Origin: an uncultured delta proteobacterium
GTDB lineage: Bacteria; Desulfobacterota; Binatia; Binatales; Binataceae
NCBI GenBank assembly: GCA_963808235.1
Contig: CAWEEQ010000004.1
Coordinates: 2,144,001 to 2,208,000, forward strand
Reading direction: 5' to 3'
DNA length: 64,000 nt
Made by a program: the position numbers and the translations under genes
In this document: one piece after another, positions 1 to 15,100 of the stretch
How the letters are laid out: the number at the start of each line of letters is the position of its first letter
Numbering within the stretch: the first letter of the stretch is position 1
Notes under the pieces: generated by a model
What the model was told of the DNA's origin: nothing
What the model saw: only the letters and a program-made list of their open reading frames with translations
Databases searched by the model: none

Positions 1-173
1 CTGATGGCGTGCGGATACCAGGCCAGGCCCCACATGTAGATTTGTGGCTCCCCCGTATAACCGCCGAAGCATGAAGTTGCAAAGCCCCGCGCTATCAACG
101 GGGTTCCGAAAATGCTCACCGAGAGCGCGGCGAAGATCGCAAGCGCGCCGAGAGTAGTCAGGAGTTTCCGCAT
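1..173 (-). CDS. Partial membrane protein, probably a GT-C-type glycosyltransferase (N-terminus only; runs off the window)
   Basis: Read manually: ATG at 173 after GGAGAGG; MRKLLTTLGALAIFAALSVSIFGTPLIARGFATSCFGGYTGEPQIYMWGLAWYPHAI. A TM helix followed by a QxxMWxLAWxPHA-type loop as in GT-C-like membrane proteins. Confidence 0.55.
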   Translation of the reverse strand, partial: MRKLLTTLGALAIFAALSVSIFGTPLIARGFATSCFGGYTGEPQIYMWGLAWYPHAI

Positions 174-302
174 CCTCTCCCGGCACGGGCGTCTCTAGTG
201 ACACGGGCGGGCATTTCCTCCGTGTAGATACCGGGTGCAGGGGTCACCCCTGCCGCCAGCCGCGCAGGCGTGACCAAGATTCCTATGCGAATCGCGCTCC
301 CA

Positions 303-758
303 TCACTGCGCGAGGGGATCCCGCGCAGTCAACGGCACAAACTGATCGAGTTGAAAATCCCCAATCACCACGCTGCCGCCACTCTCCAGCCATGCGTGCG
401 CTTCAAGCCGCCCACCCGCCGGCTTCATGACCCCGATCTTCAGCTCGGCCGGATAACCGTAACGCTTGAGCACGATGCCCGTCGCGAGCGCTCTTACCAG
501 ACAGTTGCCCGCCCCCGGCACGACCCGGCTGAGCGCCGCGACCGCCCACGCAATCCTGCGCGCCGTCGGTAGTGGCACAGGCGTTCCTGCCCGTGATGTG
601 CGCCGCACCGGCCGGCTCATCGCGTCGGCAATCCGGTTCACACGCTCAAACGGCATCGTCCACATCGCGATGCGCATCGCAACGATCGGCGCGATCGTGT
701 TCAGTACGAGCGTCCGATCCGATCGATTAAGAACTATGAACTTGCCAATCCGGCTCAT
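303..758 (-). CDS. Lasso peptide biosynthesis B2-type peptidase (transglutaminase-like core)
   Basis: NCLVRALA (catalytic Cys), LKIGV and LEAHAWLE (His plus acidic residue) motifs; ATG at 758 overlaps the stop of the upstream RRE gene (ATGA). Confidence 0.88.
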   Translation of the reverse strand: MSRIGKFIVLNRSDRTLVLNTIAPIVAMRIAMWTMPFERVNRIADAMSRPVRRTSRAGTPVPLPTARRIAWAVAALSRVVPGAGNCLVRALATGIVLKRYGYPAELKIGVMKPAGGRLEAHAWLESGGSVVIGDFQLDQFVPLTARDPLAQ

Positions 759-1042
759 CCCGTGACCTGGATAAGCCCACGTTCTTGAAGTGCGCCCAGC
801 AACTCGATCAACTCCCCCGAGCATCGCTCCGTTTCAACGTCGTACTGCGCCAGGATCGCGTCGCGAATGTCAACCACTCGCCGCGGCTGCGCGATCAGGT
901 TCCACACCGTCGCGCCGACCTGGTCAAGTCCGAAGTAGGTGCCAGTCTTCAATTCCAGGATCGCTGCTTCGCCGGCGAGATCGCAGGAAATCTGATCCTT
1001 CGATGCGACCACTACGGACTCTTGCGAAATTCGCCTTTTCAC
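755..1042 (-). CDS. PqqD-family RiPP recognition element (lasso B1-type)
   Basis: 95 aa; DLAGEAAILELKTGTYFGLDQVGATVWNLI...YDVE...LQERGLI is the typical PqqD/B1 pattern; translationally coupled to B2. Confidence 0.92.
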   Translation of the reverse strand: MKRRISQESVVVASKDQISCDLAGEAAILELKTGTYFGLDQVGATVWNLIAQPRRVVDIRDAILAQYDVETERCSGELIELLGALQERGLIQVTG

Positions 1043-1143
1043 GTTTTCACGTCTTCACTTTTTCACGAACCGATGGGTCACTGCCGATCACTTGTGACTG
1101 TTTTTGAACAGTTGAACAGTGAAACAGTTAAACGGTGAAACAT
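1036..1143. repeat. Two short arrays of 8-nt tandem repeats in roughly inverted orientation
   Basis: TTTTCACG-like x4 (1036-1067) and TTGAACAG/TGAAACAG-like x5 (1104-1143). Confidence 0.75.
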
Positions 1144-1394
1144 GCCATATCGCTATCATCATCGAAAAAGAGAGCCCGAACTCTACAGAACCGGCGCGCC
1201 ACCGGCAAGGCCAACCGTCAGGCGCGATGCGCTAACATTCAGTCACGTATTCCGCCCTCCTGTTAGTTTCATTTATCTCTTGTCATGCCAAGGCGCGCGA
1301 CCAATGTTCCATGTTTAGTCAGAAGTGCTCGATGTGGATGTTTATAACTAAGCTAGGAATATCTTTGTAAAGTAGAACTTGAAAAAGATTCTGC

Positions 1395-3145
<1,751 letters not shown>

Positions 3146-3166
3146 AAGCGATGTAATCAATCGACC

Positions 3167-3193
3167 GGAGCGGCGGGCTCAACCCGCCGCTCC
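3167..3193 (+). other. Conserved GC-rich intergenic hairpin, copy 1
   Basis: GGAGCGGCGGG-CTCAA-CCCGCCGCTCC, 11-bp perfect stem, no U-tract. Confidence 0.8.
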
Positions 3194-3249
3194 ATGTCAG
3201 TCGGATTCAGGGAAGAGCAGGGAAGCGGAAGAGACCAGGAGTAATAAAA

Positions 3250-3609
3250 ATGCAACATTCAACCAGTGCGAGGCGCGCGCTGACAGCCATCCTGGCCGGA
3301 ACGGTCGTGCTGTTCTGTTCCGCCATCTCGTTCGCGGGCGTGCCGACCCTCGGATCCAATTGTGGTTCTGCCGGCGCGGCCGTCGCGGGTTCAGATTCGG
3401 CTGGCAAGATAACTCTGGGCATCGGCACCACCAACACCTGCACCCTCTCTTTTTCGGTGCCGTACCCCAACGCGCCCGCGTGCATGGCGACCAACGAAAC
3501 CGGTGGAACCGCGGTTGGGATCAGTACTACGCCGGCGGGCGCCGTGCTGAGCGGGCCTTATCCTTTCGCCGCCGGCAACGTGATCAGTTACATCTGTCAG
3601 GACTACTGA
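3250..3609 (+). CDS. Small secreted 4-Cys beta protein, collagen partner 1
   Basis: AGGAG RBS; signal peptide ending SFA; PTLGxx[30 protein letters not shown] and terminal ISYICQDY motifs shared with three paralogs. Confidence 0.88.
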   Translation: MQHSTSARRALTAILAGTVVLFCSAISFAGVPTLGSNCGSAGAAVAGSDSAGKITLGIGTTNTCTLSFSVPYPNAPACMATNETGGTAVGISTTPAGAVLSGPYPFAAGNVISYICQDY

Positions 3610-3646
3610 CATTAAGGATTCGATAAGTTTGGTTCGGGGGTCCACA

Positions 3647-5328
<1,682 letters not shown>

Positions 5329-5402
5329 GGCCGATTCACGATGCGAACTGTGAGCGCGCGCAATACGAACATCAGCAAGAAGATCAGCAAGGACATCGGG
5401 AT

Positions 5403-5429
5403 GAGCGGCGGGCTATCCGCCCGCCGCTC
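5403..5429 (+). other. Conserved GC-rich intergenic hairpin, copy 2
   Basis: GAGCGGCGGGC-TATCC-GCCCGCCGCTC, 11-bp stem. Confidence 0.8.
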
Positions 5430-5458
5430 CGTATCCACAAAGCGGGGGCTCTAGATTT

Positions 5459-5809
5459 ATGCAACGACTTCAGGCAGGATCGAGGGTTGCCATCTTGGCG
5501 GCAATCCTGATGATTCTATCTTCAACCTTCGCCCTCGCCGGCACCCCAACCCTCGGCCCCGAATGCGGCTCCGGCGCAGTCATCACCGGCTCCGACGCCG
5601 GCGGTAAGGCAACTCTCGGCAAGGCGACCCAAAACACCTGCACCATCAATTTTTCGGTCCCGTTCACCAACGCTCCCGCCTGCATGACCACCAACGAGAC
5701 CCAGGGCAGACCCGTCGGAGTCAGCACCACCCAGTCATCCGCAACCCTGAGCGGCCCCTACCCCTTCAGCCCCGGCGACACGATCTCGTACATCTGCGCA
5801 GGTTACTGA
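5459..5809 (+). CDS. Small secreted 4-Cys beta protein, collagen partner 2
   Basis: Signal peptide; GTPTLGPECG, GSDAGGKATLG, TCTINFSVPFTNAPACM and ISYICAGY motifs. Confidence 0.88.
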   Translation: MQRLQAGSRVAILAAILMILSSTFALAGTPTLGPECGSGAVITGSDAGGKATLGKATQNTCTINFSVPFTNAPACMTTNETQGRPVGVSTTQSSATLSGPYPFSPGDTISYICAGY

Positions 5810-5813
5810 TCTG

Positions 5814-6182
5814 CTAATGCCGCAGTTTCTTCCCACTCTCTCTTGGTAATTTTTGCTGATTCCCCTCCGCCGCAACCAAATCTTCCAGCTTGCGGCGGTG
5901 GTACAGGACCCGCTGAGCGTAGAGTTTTAGATGCTCACGCAGCGTTTCAAGAGACTTATGAGTCTTCTTCCTGATAATCTCGATATCAGGCTCGTCTTCG
6001 TCAAACAATTGCCTGTCCCTGAGGCCCTCAAAACCAGCAAGAATTGTTCCCTTCCCCTTGTCGCAGAGCGGTTTGCACAACTCAGTGCAGGTCGTGACGC
6101 GAGCGCACATCGCTTCGCGGAATTGCAATCGTAGGTCCAGATAGGCAGCGTTGAGGTCCGGGAGGTCAGTCTCGAATTTCAT
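5814..6182 (-). CDS. Hypothetical soluble helical protein (orphan)
   Basis: 122-aa ORF with protein-like composition (Leu/Glu/Lys-rich, CxxxxxCxxxCxxxC); lower GC than neighbours; no family recognised. Confidence 0.5.
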   Translation of the reverse strand: MKFETDLPDLNAAYLDLRLQFREAMCARVTTCTELCKPLCDKGKGTILAGFEGLRDRQLFDEDEPDIEIIRKKTHKSLETLREHLKLYAQRVLYHRRKLEDLVAAEGNQQKLPRESGKKLRH

Positions 6183-6289
6183 CGTTCTGGGAAAGAACTC
6201 GAGCCGCGCAGGCTCAACTGCGCGATCGCGATCGGCTGTTCGCGGCCTGGCTCGGCGCCGCCGCGGTAGTTATCAAGGCGCGCCTCGAT

Positions 6290-8110
6290 GTGCTCGAGTT
6301 TGCGCAGCCGATGTTTCGTCCGCAGCCGGAGCTGGTGCGATGGCTTCCGCTCGCCGCCTGGCAGGACATCGCGATGCTCGCGCTGCTCAGCTGGACCTCG
6401 TGGATCGTAATCCCGATGCTGACCCGCGCGCGCGTTCGCCGCGCTGCGTATGTCGTCGCGTGGGCGGTCGCGCTGTTCGCGGCGGCCTATGCGGCGCTCA
6501 ACGCGGAGCTGTACAGCTTCTTTCAGGGCTCGCTCACCTACCAGCTCCTCGTCCTGTCCAATCACCTCGACTATATCCGCGACAGCCTGGTCTACTTCGC
6601 GCAGACCGGAGAACACGTTCACGGGATTATGCTCGCGCCGATCGCGGCGCTTGCGATCGCGATCGCGATCTACTGGGCCGCGCCCGATTGGCTGCGGCGC
6701 GCGGCGCGCGGGTTCCATTCGCGGGCGGGACTCGTGTGCCTCGTGCTCTACCTGATGGCGGGTGTGGTCTGGGGCGCGGAGTCGCGCGCGTATCAGAGCG
6801 CGTTTCTAAATCCGGAGTGGGCGTTTGTGAAGTCGCTCTTCTATCACAACGAAGGAGCATTCCTGGCCGGAAACTTCCCGCGCGATTACCTGGACGACTT
6901 CATGCCGGCACCGGTGGCACGGGCGTCCATCCCCGTGATCGATCCGGCGGCACCCCGTCCGCGAAACGTAGTGATGCTGATCGGAGAATCGCTCGGGGCG
7001 CGCTACCTCGGACTCTACGGCGCGCCGTACGACAACACTCCCGAGATGCAGAAACTTGCGGAACACGGCGCGGTCTTCGAGAGAACCTACGTGTCGTGCC
7101 CGTACAGCGACAATGCGATGGCGGCGCTGTTCACCTCCGTCTACCCGGCTCACTACTGGCAGGCGGTGCTGACCCGCGCGCCGGAGCTCTCGATTCCCGG
7201 AATCGGCACGGTGCTGCAAAGCAAGGGTTACCGGGTGGCGATGATCCACTCGGGAAATCTCGCCTTCAAGGAGCAATACTACCTGCGCAGCCACGGCTTC
7301 CCCGAGGTCCACGACAAGAGCGACTTGCCGGGATTCGCGCCGGGGCACGCGCCGCTGATCTGGAAATACGATCTTATTTCGCGCGACTCGAAGCTGATGC
7401 CGGCCGCGATGACCTGGATCGGGACCGATCGCACCAAGCCGTTCTTCCTGGTGCTGTGGACCGACGACACCCATGCGCCGTACACGCCGCCGGCGCCGAA
7501 GTCATATGGGGTTAGCGACGAGGACCTCAACCGCTACATCGGCGCGGCGGCGGAAACCGACTCGATGGTCGGAGTGCTCGAGCGCGAACTCGCGCAGCGC
7601 GGGCTGCTCGACGACACCCTGGTGGTGGTCACCGGAGACCATGGCGAACAATTCGGGCAGCATGGGCATCCGGGGCATGGATTTTCTCTGTACGACGAAG
7701 AAGTCAGGGTGCCGCTCGTCATCGCGAATCCGCGGCTCTTCCCCAAGGGCGAAAAAATCGATCGGATCGCCCGGCAGATCGACATCGCACCAACGATCGT
7801 TGCGACGCTCGGCTTCGATGCGCCCGTAGAGTGGCAGGGGCAGAACCTATTCAGCGCGGGGCCCGAGCGGCGCGCGTATCTATTTGCCGACTATCACTTT
7901 GGAGTGGTCGAGGGTAATTACAAATACATTTACGATGCGAATTCCGCGCACTCGGAGATCTACGATCTGAGCCGCGATCCTCTCGAGCTGCACAATCTAA
8001 GTGGCGATCCCGAAGTGTCGAAGTCGGCGAAAGAGGCCTACATGAGGCTGGCGGCATGGTCTGCGTTCCAGAACAAATACCTGGACAAGTTCGACCTGCA
8101 TCACCATTGA
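6290..8110 (+). CDS. Membrane-anchored sulfatase-fold protein (LtaS/LTA synthase-like); start uncertain
   Basis: N-terminal TM helices; NVVMLIGESL, DTHAPY, DDTLVVVTGDHGE, LYDEEVRVPL, QIDIAPTI and YDLSRDPLELHNL motifs; no CxPxR formylglycine motif. Confidence 0.88.
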   Translation: MLEFAQPMFRPQPELVRWLPLAAWQDIAMLALLSWTSWIVIPMLTRARVRRAAYVVAWAVALFAAAYAALNAELYSFFQGSLTYQLLVLSNHLDYIRDSLVYFAQTGEHVHGIMLAPIAALAIAIAIYWAAPDWLRRAARGFHSRAGLVCLVLYLMAGVVWGAESRAYQSAFLNPEWAFVKSLFYHNEGAFLAGNFPRDYLDDFMPAPVARASIPVIDPAAPRPRNVVMLIGESLGARYLGLYGAPYDNTPEMQKLAEHGAVFERTYVSCPYSDNAMAALFTSVYPAHYWQAVLTRAPELSIPGIGTVLQSKGYRVAMIHSGNLAFKEQYYLRSHGFPEVHDKSDLPGFAPGHAPLIWKYDLISRDSKLMPAAMTWIGTDRTKPFFLVLWTDDTHAPYTPPAPKSYGVSDEDLNRYIGAAAETDSMVGVLERELAQRGLLDDTLVVVTGDHGEQFGQHGHPGHGFSLYDEEVRVPLVIANPRLFPKGEKIDRIARQIDIAPTIVATLGFDAPVEWQGQNLFSAGPERRAYLFADYHFGVVEGNYKYIYDANSAHSEIYDLSRDPLELHNLSGDPEVSKSAKEAYMRLAAWSAFQNKYLDKFDLHHH

Positions 8111-8120
8111 GGAGTTTGCA

Positions 8121-8609
8121 ATGAGGCGAAGCGTAATCCTTGTCTGCGACATCATCGCAGCCGTCGTGGTGTTCGAGTGGACGCGGCTGGGCCCATGGAA
8201 CCGGCTGCTGGGCTTCACCTATTACCACAGCCGTGGCGACGTCTGGCTGCCCACCCCGCCGGCCGCGGCCGACTATTTTCGCGCGATGGTATCGACCGGC
8301 ACATTGTTCTTCGTGATTTTCTTTTTGTTCATCTCACTGGTTTTGTACGCCGTCGGATCGCGAGGCGAAATTGTCCACCGGGTTTTTTATGGTGACGCGC
8401 GAAAGCTATCGGTAAAGTATTTCGCCTTTTTGCTTATTTCGTTTCTCTCGCCACTTTTCTACAACCGCATGTGGCGATACCACCTCACGCGTTCCGGGCG
8501 CATCGAGGGCGGACTCGCGATAACGATCGCGGTGTTCATAGTGGTGCTGATAGTCGGCGAGTTGCTGGCACACCTCGCGCCCCGGCGGCAGCAGGTCTCC
8601 AGCCGCTAG
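8121..8609 (+). CDS. Hypothetical integral membrane protein (about 4 TM)
   Basis: GAGGAG RBS just after the sulfatase stop; four hydrophobic segments. Confidence 0.7.
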   Translation: MRRSVILVCDIIAAVVVFEWTRLGPWNRLLGFTYYHSRGDVWLPTPPAAADYFRAMVSTGTLFFVIFFLFISLVLYAVGSRGEIVHRVFYGDARKLSVKYFAFLLISFLSPLFYNRMWRYHLTRSGRIEGGLAITIAVFIVVLIVGELLAHLAPRRQQVSSR

Positions 8610-8798
8610 TTCAAAAATCAGAAAACCCGTTCGGAACATTCGGGCTCATCGGCGCCTTTCGAGTTGGGCAGCCGCGGCACATCTTCGATCGAAATTAGAA
8701 CCATCGGAATTCGAAGCTCGACGGCCCATAACATCCGAAAATGGGCAAAAGTCTACAACTCGGCGTATAAACACGTGAATATGGCCCAAAAAACGGTG

Positions 8799-11256
<2,458 letters not shown>

Positions 11257-11261
11257 GGTTA

Positions 11262-11291
11262 GGAGCGGCGGGCGGCTCCGCCCGCCGCTCC
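11262..11291 (+). other. Conserved GC-rich intergenic hairpin, copy 3
   Basis: GGAGCGGCGGGC-GGCTCC-GCCCGCCGCTCC, 12-bp stem. Confidence 0.8.
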
Positions 11292-11371
11292 GTGTCCACC
11301 GACAAGGACTTAGGCATCAGCCAGGCGTAATCAGTAGTTTCGAGGAACGAGGGGTAGCAGGAGCAATAAAC

Positions 11372-11728
11372 ATGAGACGATATTCATCAGGTACGAGGGG
11401 TTCGCTGACCGCCATACTGGCCGGAACGGTCGTGCTGTTCTGGTCGGCCTTCGCTTTCGCAGGCGTTCCAACCCTCGGATCCGATTGTGGCACCGGCGCG
11501 TCGATCGCGGGCTCCGACTCCGCGGGCAAGGTGACGTTGGGCGCAGGTCCGAGCACCTGCACACTCACGTTTTCGGTGCCGTACACTAATGCGCCCGCAT
11601 GTACGACAACCGACGAAACCAGCGGTCGGGGAGTCGGGCTCACTACCTCGTCTTCCGGGATCTTGCTAAACGGACCTTATCCCTTCAATGCCGGCGACGT
11701 GCTCGCTTACATTTGCGCGGAGTACTGA
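11372..11728 (+). CDS. Small secreted 4-Cys beta protein, collagen partner 3
   Basis: AGGAG RBS; close paralog of partner 1 ([35 protein letters not shown]). Confidence 0.88.
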   Translation: MRRYSSGTRGSLTAILAGTVVLFWSAFAFAGVPTLGSDCGTGASIAGSDSAGKVTLGAGPSTCTLTFSVPYTNAPACTTTDETSGRGVGLTTSSSGILLNGPYPFNAGDVLAYICAEY

Positions 11729-11762
11729 TCCCATGGGCGTTTTCCCGCGAGGAGCATCAATT

Positions 11763-12134
11763 ATGCGACATCGATCTTCGATGGCGACCGGCAAACTGAC
11801 CCTGCTGATGATGACGGCGGCGGCCGTGCTGATGCTGTCCGCCACCTCATTTGCGGGCACGCCGACGCTGGGCGCCGGCTGCGGCAGCGGCGCGACCGTC
11901 GCTGGCTCTGACACCGGTGGAAAGGTGACGCTCGGCACCGGCAACACGTACTGCATACTGACGTTTTCGGGGACGTATACTAATGCGCCGGCGTGCGTGG
12001 CGACCAACGAAACCAACGGCGGAGCGCATGCGATCGCGGTGGGGGTGAAGACCTCGACGACGCAACTGATGATAGATGCGGCGGCGCCATGGGCAGATGG
12101 CGACACGATCGCGTACGTCTGCTCGACCTACTGA
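11763..12134 (+). CDS. Small secreted 4-Cys beta protein, collagen partner 4
   Basis: GAGGAG RBS before ATG 11763; GTPTLGAGCG, GSDTGGKVTLG, YCILTFSGTYTNAPACV and IAYVCSTY motifs. Confidence 0.87.
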   Translation: MRHRSSMATGKLTLLMMTAAAVLMLSATSFAGTPTLGAGCGSGATVAGSDTGGKVTLGTGNTYCILTFSGTYTNAPACVATNETNGGAHAIAVGVKTSTTQLMIDAAAPWADGDTIAYVCSTY

Positions 12135-15100
12135 CGCGCAGGACTACCGAGCCGATCGCCCTGATGCCTTCGGCGGCCGCCGGCGTAGGCGGCCGCAATC
12201 GCGAGCAGCAGAGCGATCAGCGTCCCGATCGAAAGCAACACCGCGAAATGCCTCACGCTGGTTTGTCGCAGCTCAACCGTGACGGCATGCTGGCCGGCGG
12301 GAACGGTGAATGAGATCAAACCGGACCGGGCCGCCGGCGTGACCTCAGTCTCGTGCCCATCTATCAGTACCGTCCAGCCGGGATAGTAGTTGGTTGAATC
12401 CGTGACAGTCGCAGGCGCGGACGCGGTAACCGAATACTCGTGGCGGGTCGAAGTCCGCGACACGGCGCGCGCCGATATCGACGGCGGCGGCGTCACCAAT
12501 CCGTCGGCGGTATAGCCGATCAGCGTCCGCATCCATCGCGGCTGGTATTCGCCGCGGCTGGTGGTCTCGTAGCCGGTCTTCGCGATCAAGGTGGGCGAGA
12601 AGTATTCCTCGTCGAAAGTCTGGTAGCCCTTGGGCTGGGTGTGGTGCAGATTGGCCAGCACCAGAATCGCGATCAGCGCGATGGCCGGCTTGGTGCCGAC
12701 ACGCTCGAAGACATAAAGCGTCAGCAGTGGCATAAAGAGCGCCGGCACAAGAAGCGTACGCCATGGAAACTGCAGGTACTGCAGCGTGGTGACGTGTTGC
12801 CATATAAAGGAGGTCCAGTCGGTGGCGAGCAATGCGCCGGCAAGAGCGGCGCCGGCGAAAACGATCGCATCGAGGCGGCGGGTGCGGTTGAGCGCGCGGA
12901 CTCCGATCAGGACTCCCGCAATCGCAAGCGCGATATGAGGCAGGCCGAGCGAGAACGAAATTCCGTCGTTAGGACCGGCCACCGAGTAGCCGAAGCCCCA
13001 GTGTCCCCAAAACAATTGCCACCACGAGATAATGTGAATGCGCCAATCGAAATAACCGCTGCGCAGGAGTTCGGTCTTTACGAAATCCTTTTCGAAGATG
13101 GCGGGGAGCCAGAAAAATGCGCTGAGGCCAACCCCGCCGGCGAGCGCTGCAAAACCGGACGCGGCGGTGCGAAAAGGGCTCCTCGAGATGGCGGCACGGA
13201 CCACGACGATCGCCGCGAAAATCGGGAACATCAGCAGCGCAACCCCATTGTGCGCGAGCGGTACCAATGCGATCGCAGCCGCGCCGAGCACGACGCTCAG
13301 TATCGTCGGACGCTCCAACACCGCGATCAGTCCAAGCAACGCGAGTGGCGCGACGCAGAGCGCGCTCACTTCGGCCATCCGCACCGACACATACATATCG
13401 AGCGCCTGGTACGGCGCGAACAGCCATGCCGCCGCCGCGCCAATCGAGGCGACCTGCGAAAATGATAATTTTCTTCCGATCAGATAGACGGAGATCGCGC
13501 CGATCGCGAAGAGCATGATGAGGCCGAACTGGAGCGAATCCGCCAGCCCCATCCCACATTTGAAGAACGGCAATGCCGCCGCATAGACCATCGGCGGTGC
13601 GAACTCGAACATCGGCTGCCCGTGTCCGCTGCTGAAATCAGGGGCCCAGAGCGGCGGGAATTGATGGTCGGCGATTACGCGCGCGAACTCGGTCAGACGG
13701 GCGGGATAGGCCAGCGAGTCGTGACCATCGACGAGCACGCCCCGGAAAAGCGATCGCGTGAAGAGAAGGATCAGCAGTCCGAGCGCGATTGCCGTCTTCG
13801 CGCGGTCGGTGGAGAGCCGCTCGCCCAGCAGCGCGAGCTGCTCCCCGAGCCAGCCCTCTCCGCGCTCCCAGTACACGCCGAGCGCAGGCTGTCGCGCGAC
13901 GAGAACGAACATCAGGATTCCGACGAGAAACAGAAATGGCTTCAGCGGACCCGGCTGGTAGCTGACCTCGACCTCATGATGGCCCGCGGTGAGCGGGATT
14001 GCGCCGAAGTCAGGAAGAACCCGGATGAGACGTTCGCGCTTACCGTCGACGGTTGCGACCAGGCTCGGGAAGTAAGTGATCTTGATGAAGGCGTAGCAGG
14101 GACGTTGAACGTCGACGCTCATGTGATAAGTCTCGTCGACTTTCGATTCCGAGAGGATTGTGCCGCGCGGCTTCATAAAATTGAGGTTCGGGTCGGGCAG
14201 CGCCTGCCATCGGCCGATAGCAGGGACGCCGGGGAAGGTTCCCGAATTGACCGCGATGACCTCGCCCGCACGAAGCATCCAGCTCGGCAGCCATCTGGAA
14301 ATTGGCTCGTACCATAGCGAGGGAGGCGCTTCGTAACTGGCGCCGATATCGACCAGGCCGAAGTAACCTTCCGGCGAGACTTCGTAGACCGCGAAGCGGC
14401 CATGCACCGAGCGCTTGCGAAAATACGACGGCACTCTCTGCGTGGCTGGAGCGAGTACCGCGCGAATCGCAAAGAAATCCTCATTGGCGGGATTGTTCTC
14501 GTCGCGGAGCACCATGTAGTCCGAAGTCATCGAAATGGTGTGGTAGAGGTTGGTCGCTTCGTCGAGGCGGTAGCGGGTCAGAAAAGAGTAGACCCGCGCG
14601 TCGCCGATTTTGAAGCTTTCGCCCCAATCCAGCGCCTGTCCGGCTGAGACGCGGCCGGGACGTTGCGCGAGGATTGCCCGGATGTCCGCGATCGCCGCTT
14701 CCAGGTCGCCACGCTCGCGCTCGAACGCGGCGTTGGTTGCCTCGCCCGAGAGCTTGTTGATCTTGAGAAACTCGGCGCGGTCCATCGTGAGGAACAGAAT
14801 TGCTGCGCCGAGCGCCGCGCCCGCCGCGAGCGTGACGAATCGCGGCGCGCGCATCGCCGCATCGAGCACTCGCTCGAGTCCCCACGCCGCCAGTATCATC
14901 GCGAACAGCTCGAAGGCGCCCTGTAGCCGATGCAGGTGGAACAGGCTCGGCACTCCGACCAGCACCAGCAGGTGCCCCCACGTCTCGCGTCCAAAGAACA
15001 GCGCGAGCCATACCGCGGTCAGCGCGAGCAAGCGTCTTGCGAGCACGTCCTTGAGATTAAACACCGCGACCAAAGTCCCGAGCGCCACCATCAGTGACAG

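Noticed and set aside
158-214. 18-aa minus-strand ORF MPARVTRDARAGRGCGNS with a GGAGG RBS, downstream of B2
   Set aside because: No lasso precursor features; may be a frameshifted 5' extension of the adjacent membrane gene or chance
1071-1165. Short minus-strand ORFs upstream of the RRE as RiPP precursors
   Set aside because: They are translations of the 8-nt repeats and have no leader motif or Gly/Asp/Glu ring pattern
3250-3609. FAGVPTLG...G in the small partners as a possible lasso leader (YxxPxL) for the orphan RRE
   Set aside because: Spacing is off by one, there is no Thr at -2 before a core, and the motif lies at the Sec cleavage site of an exported folded protein while the RRE is cytoplasmic
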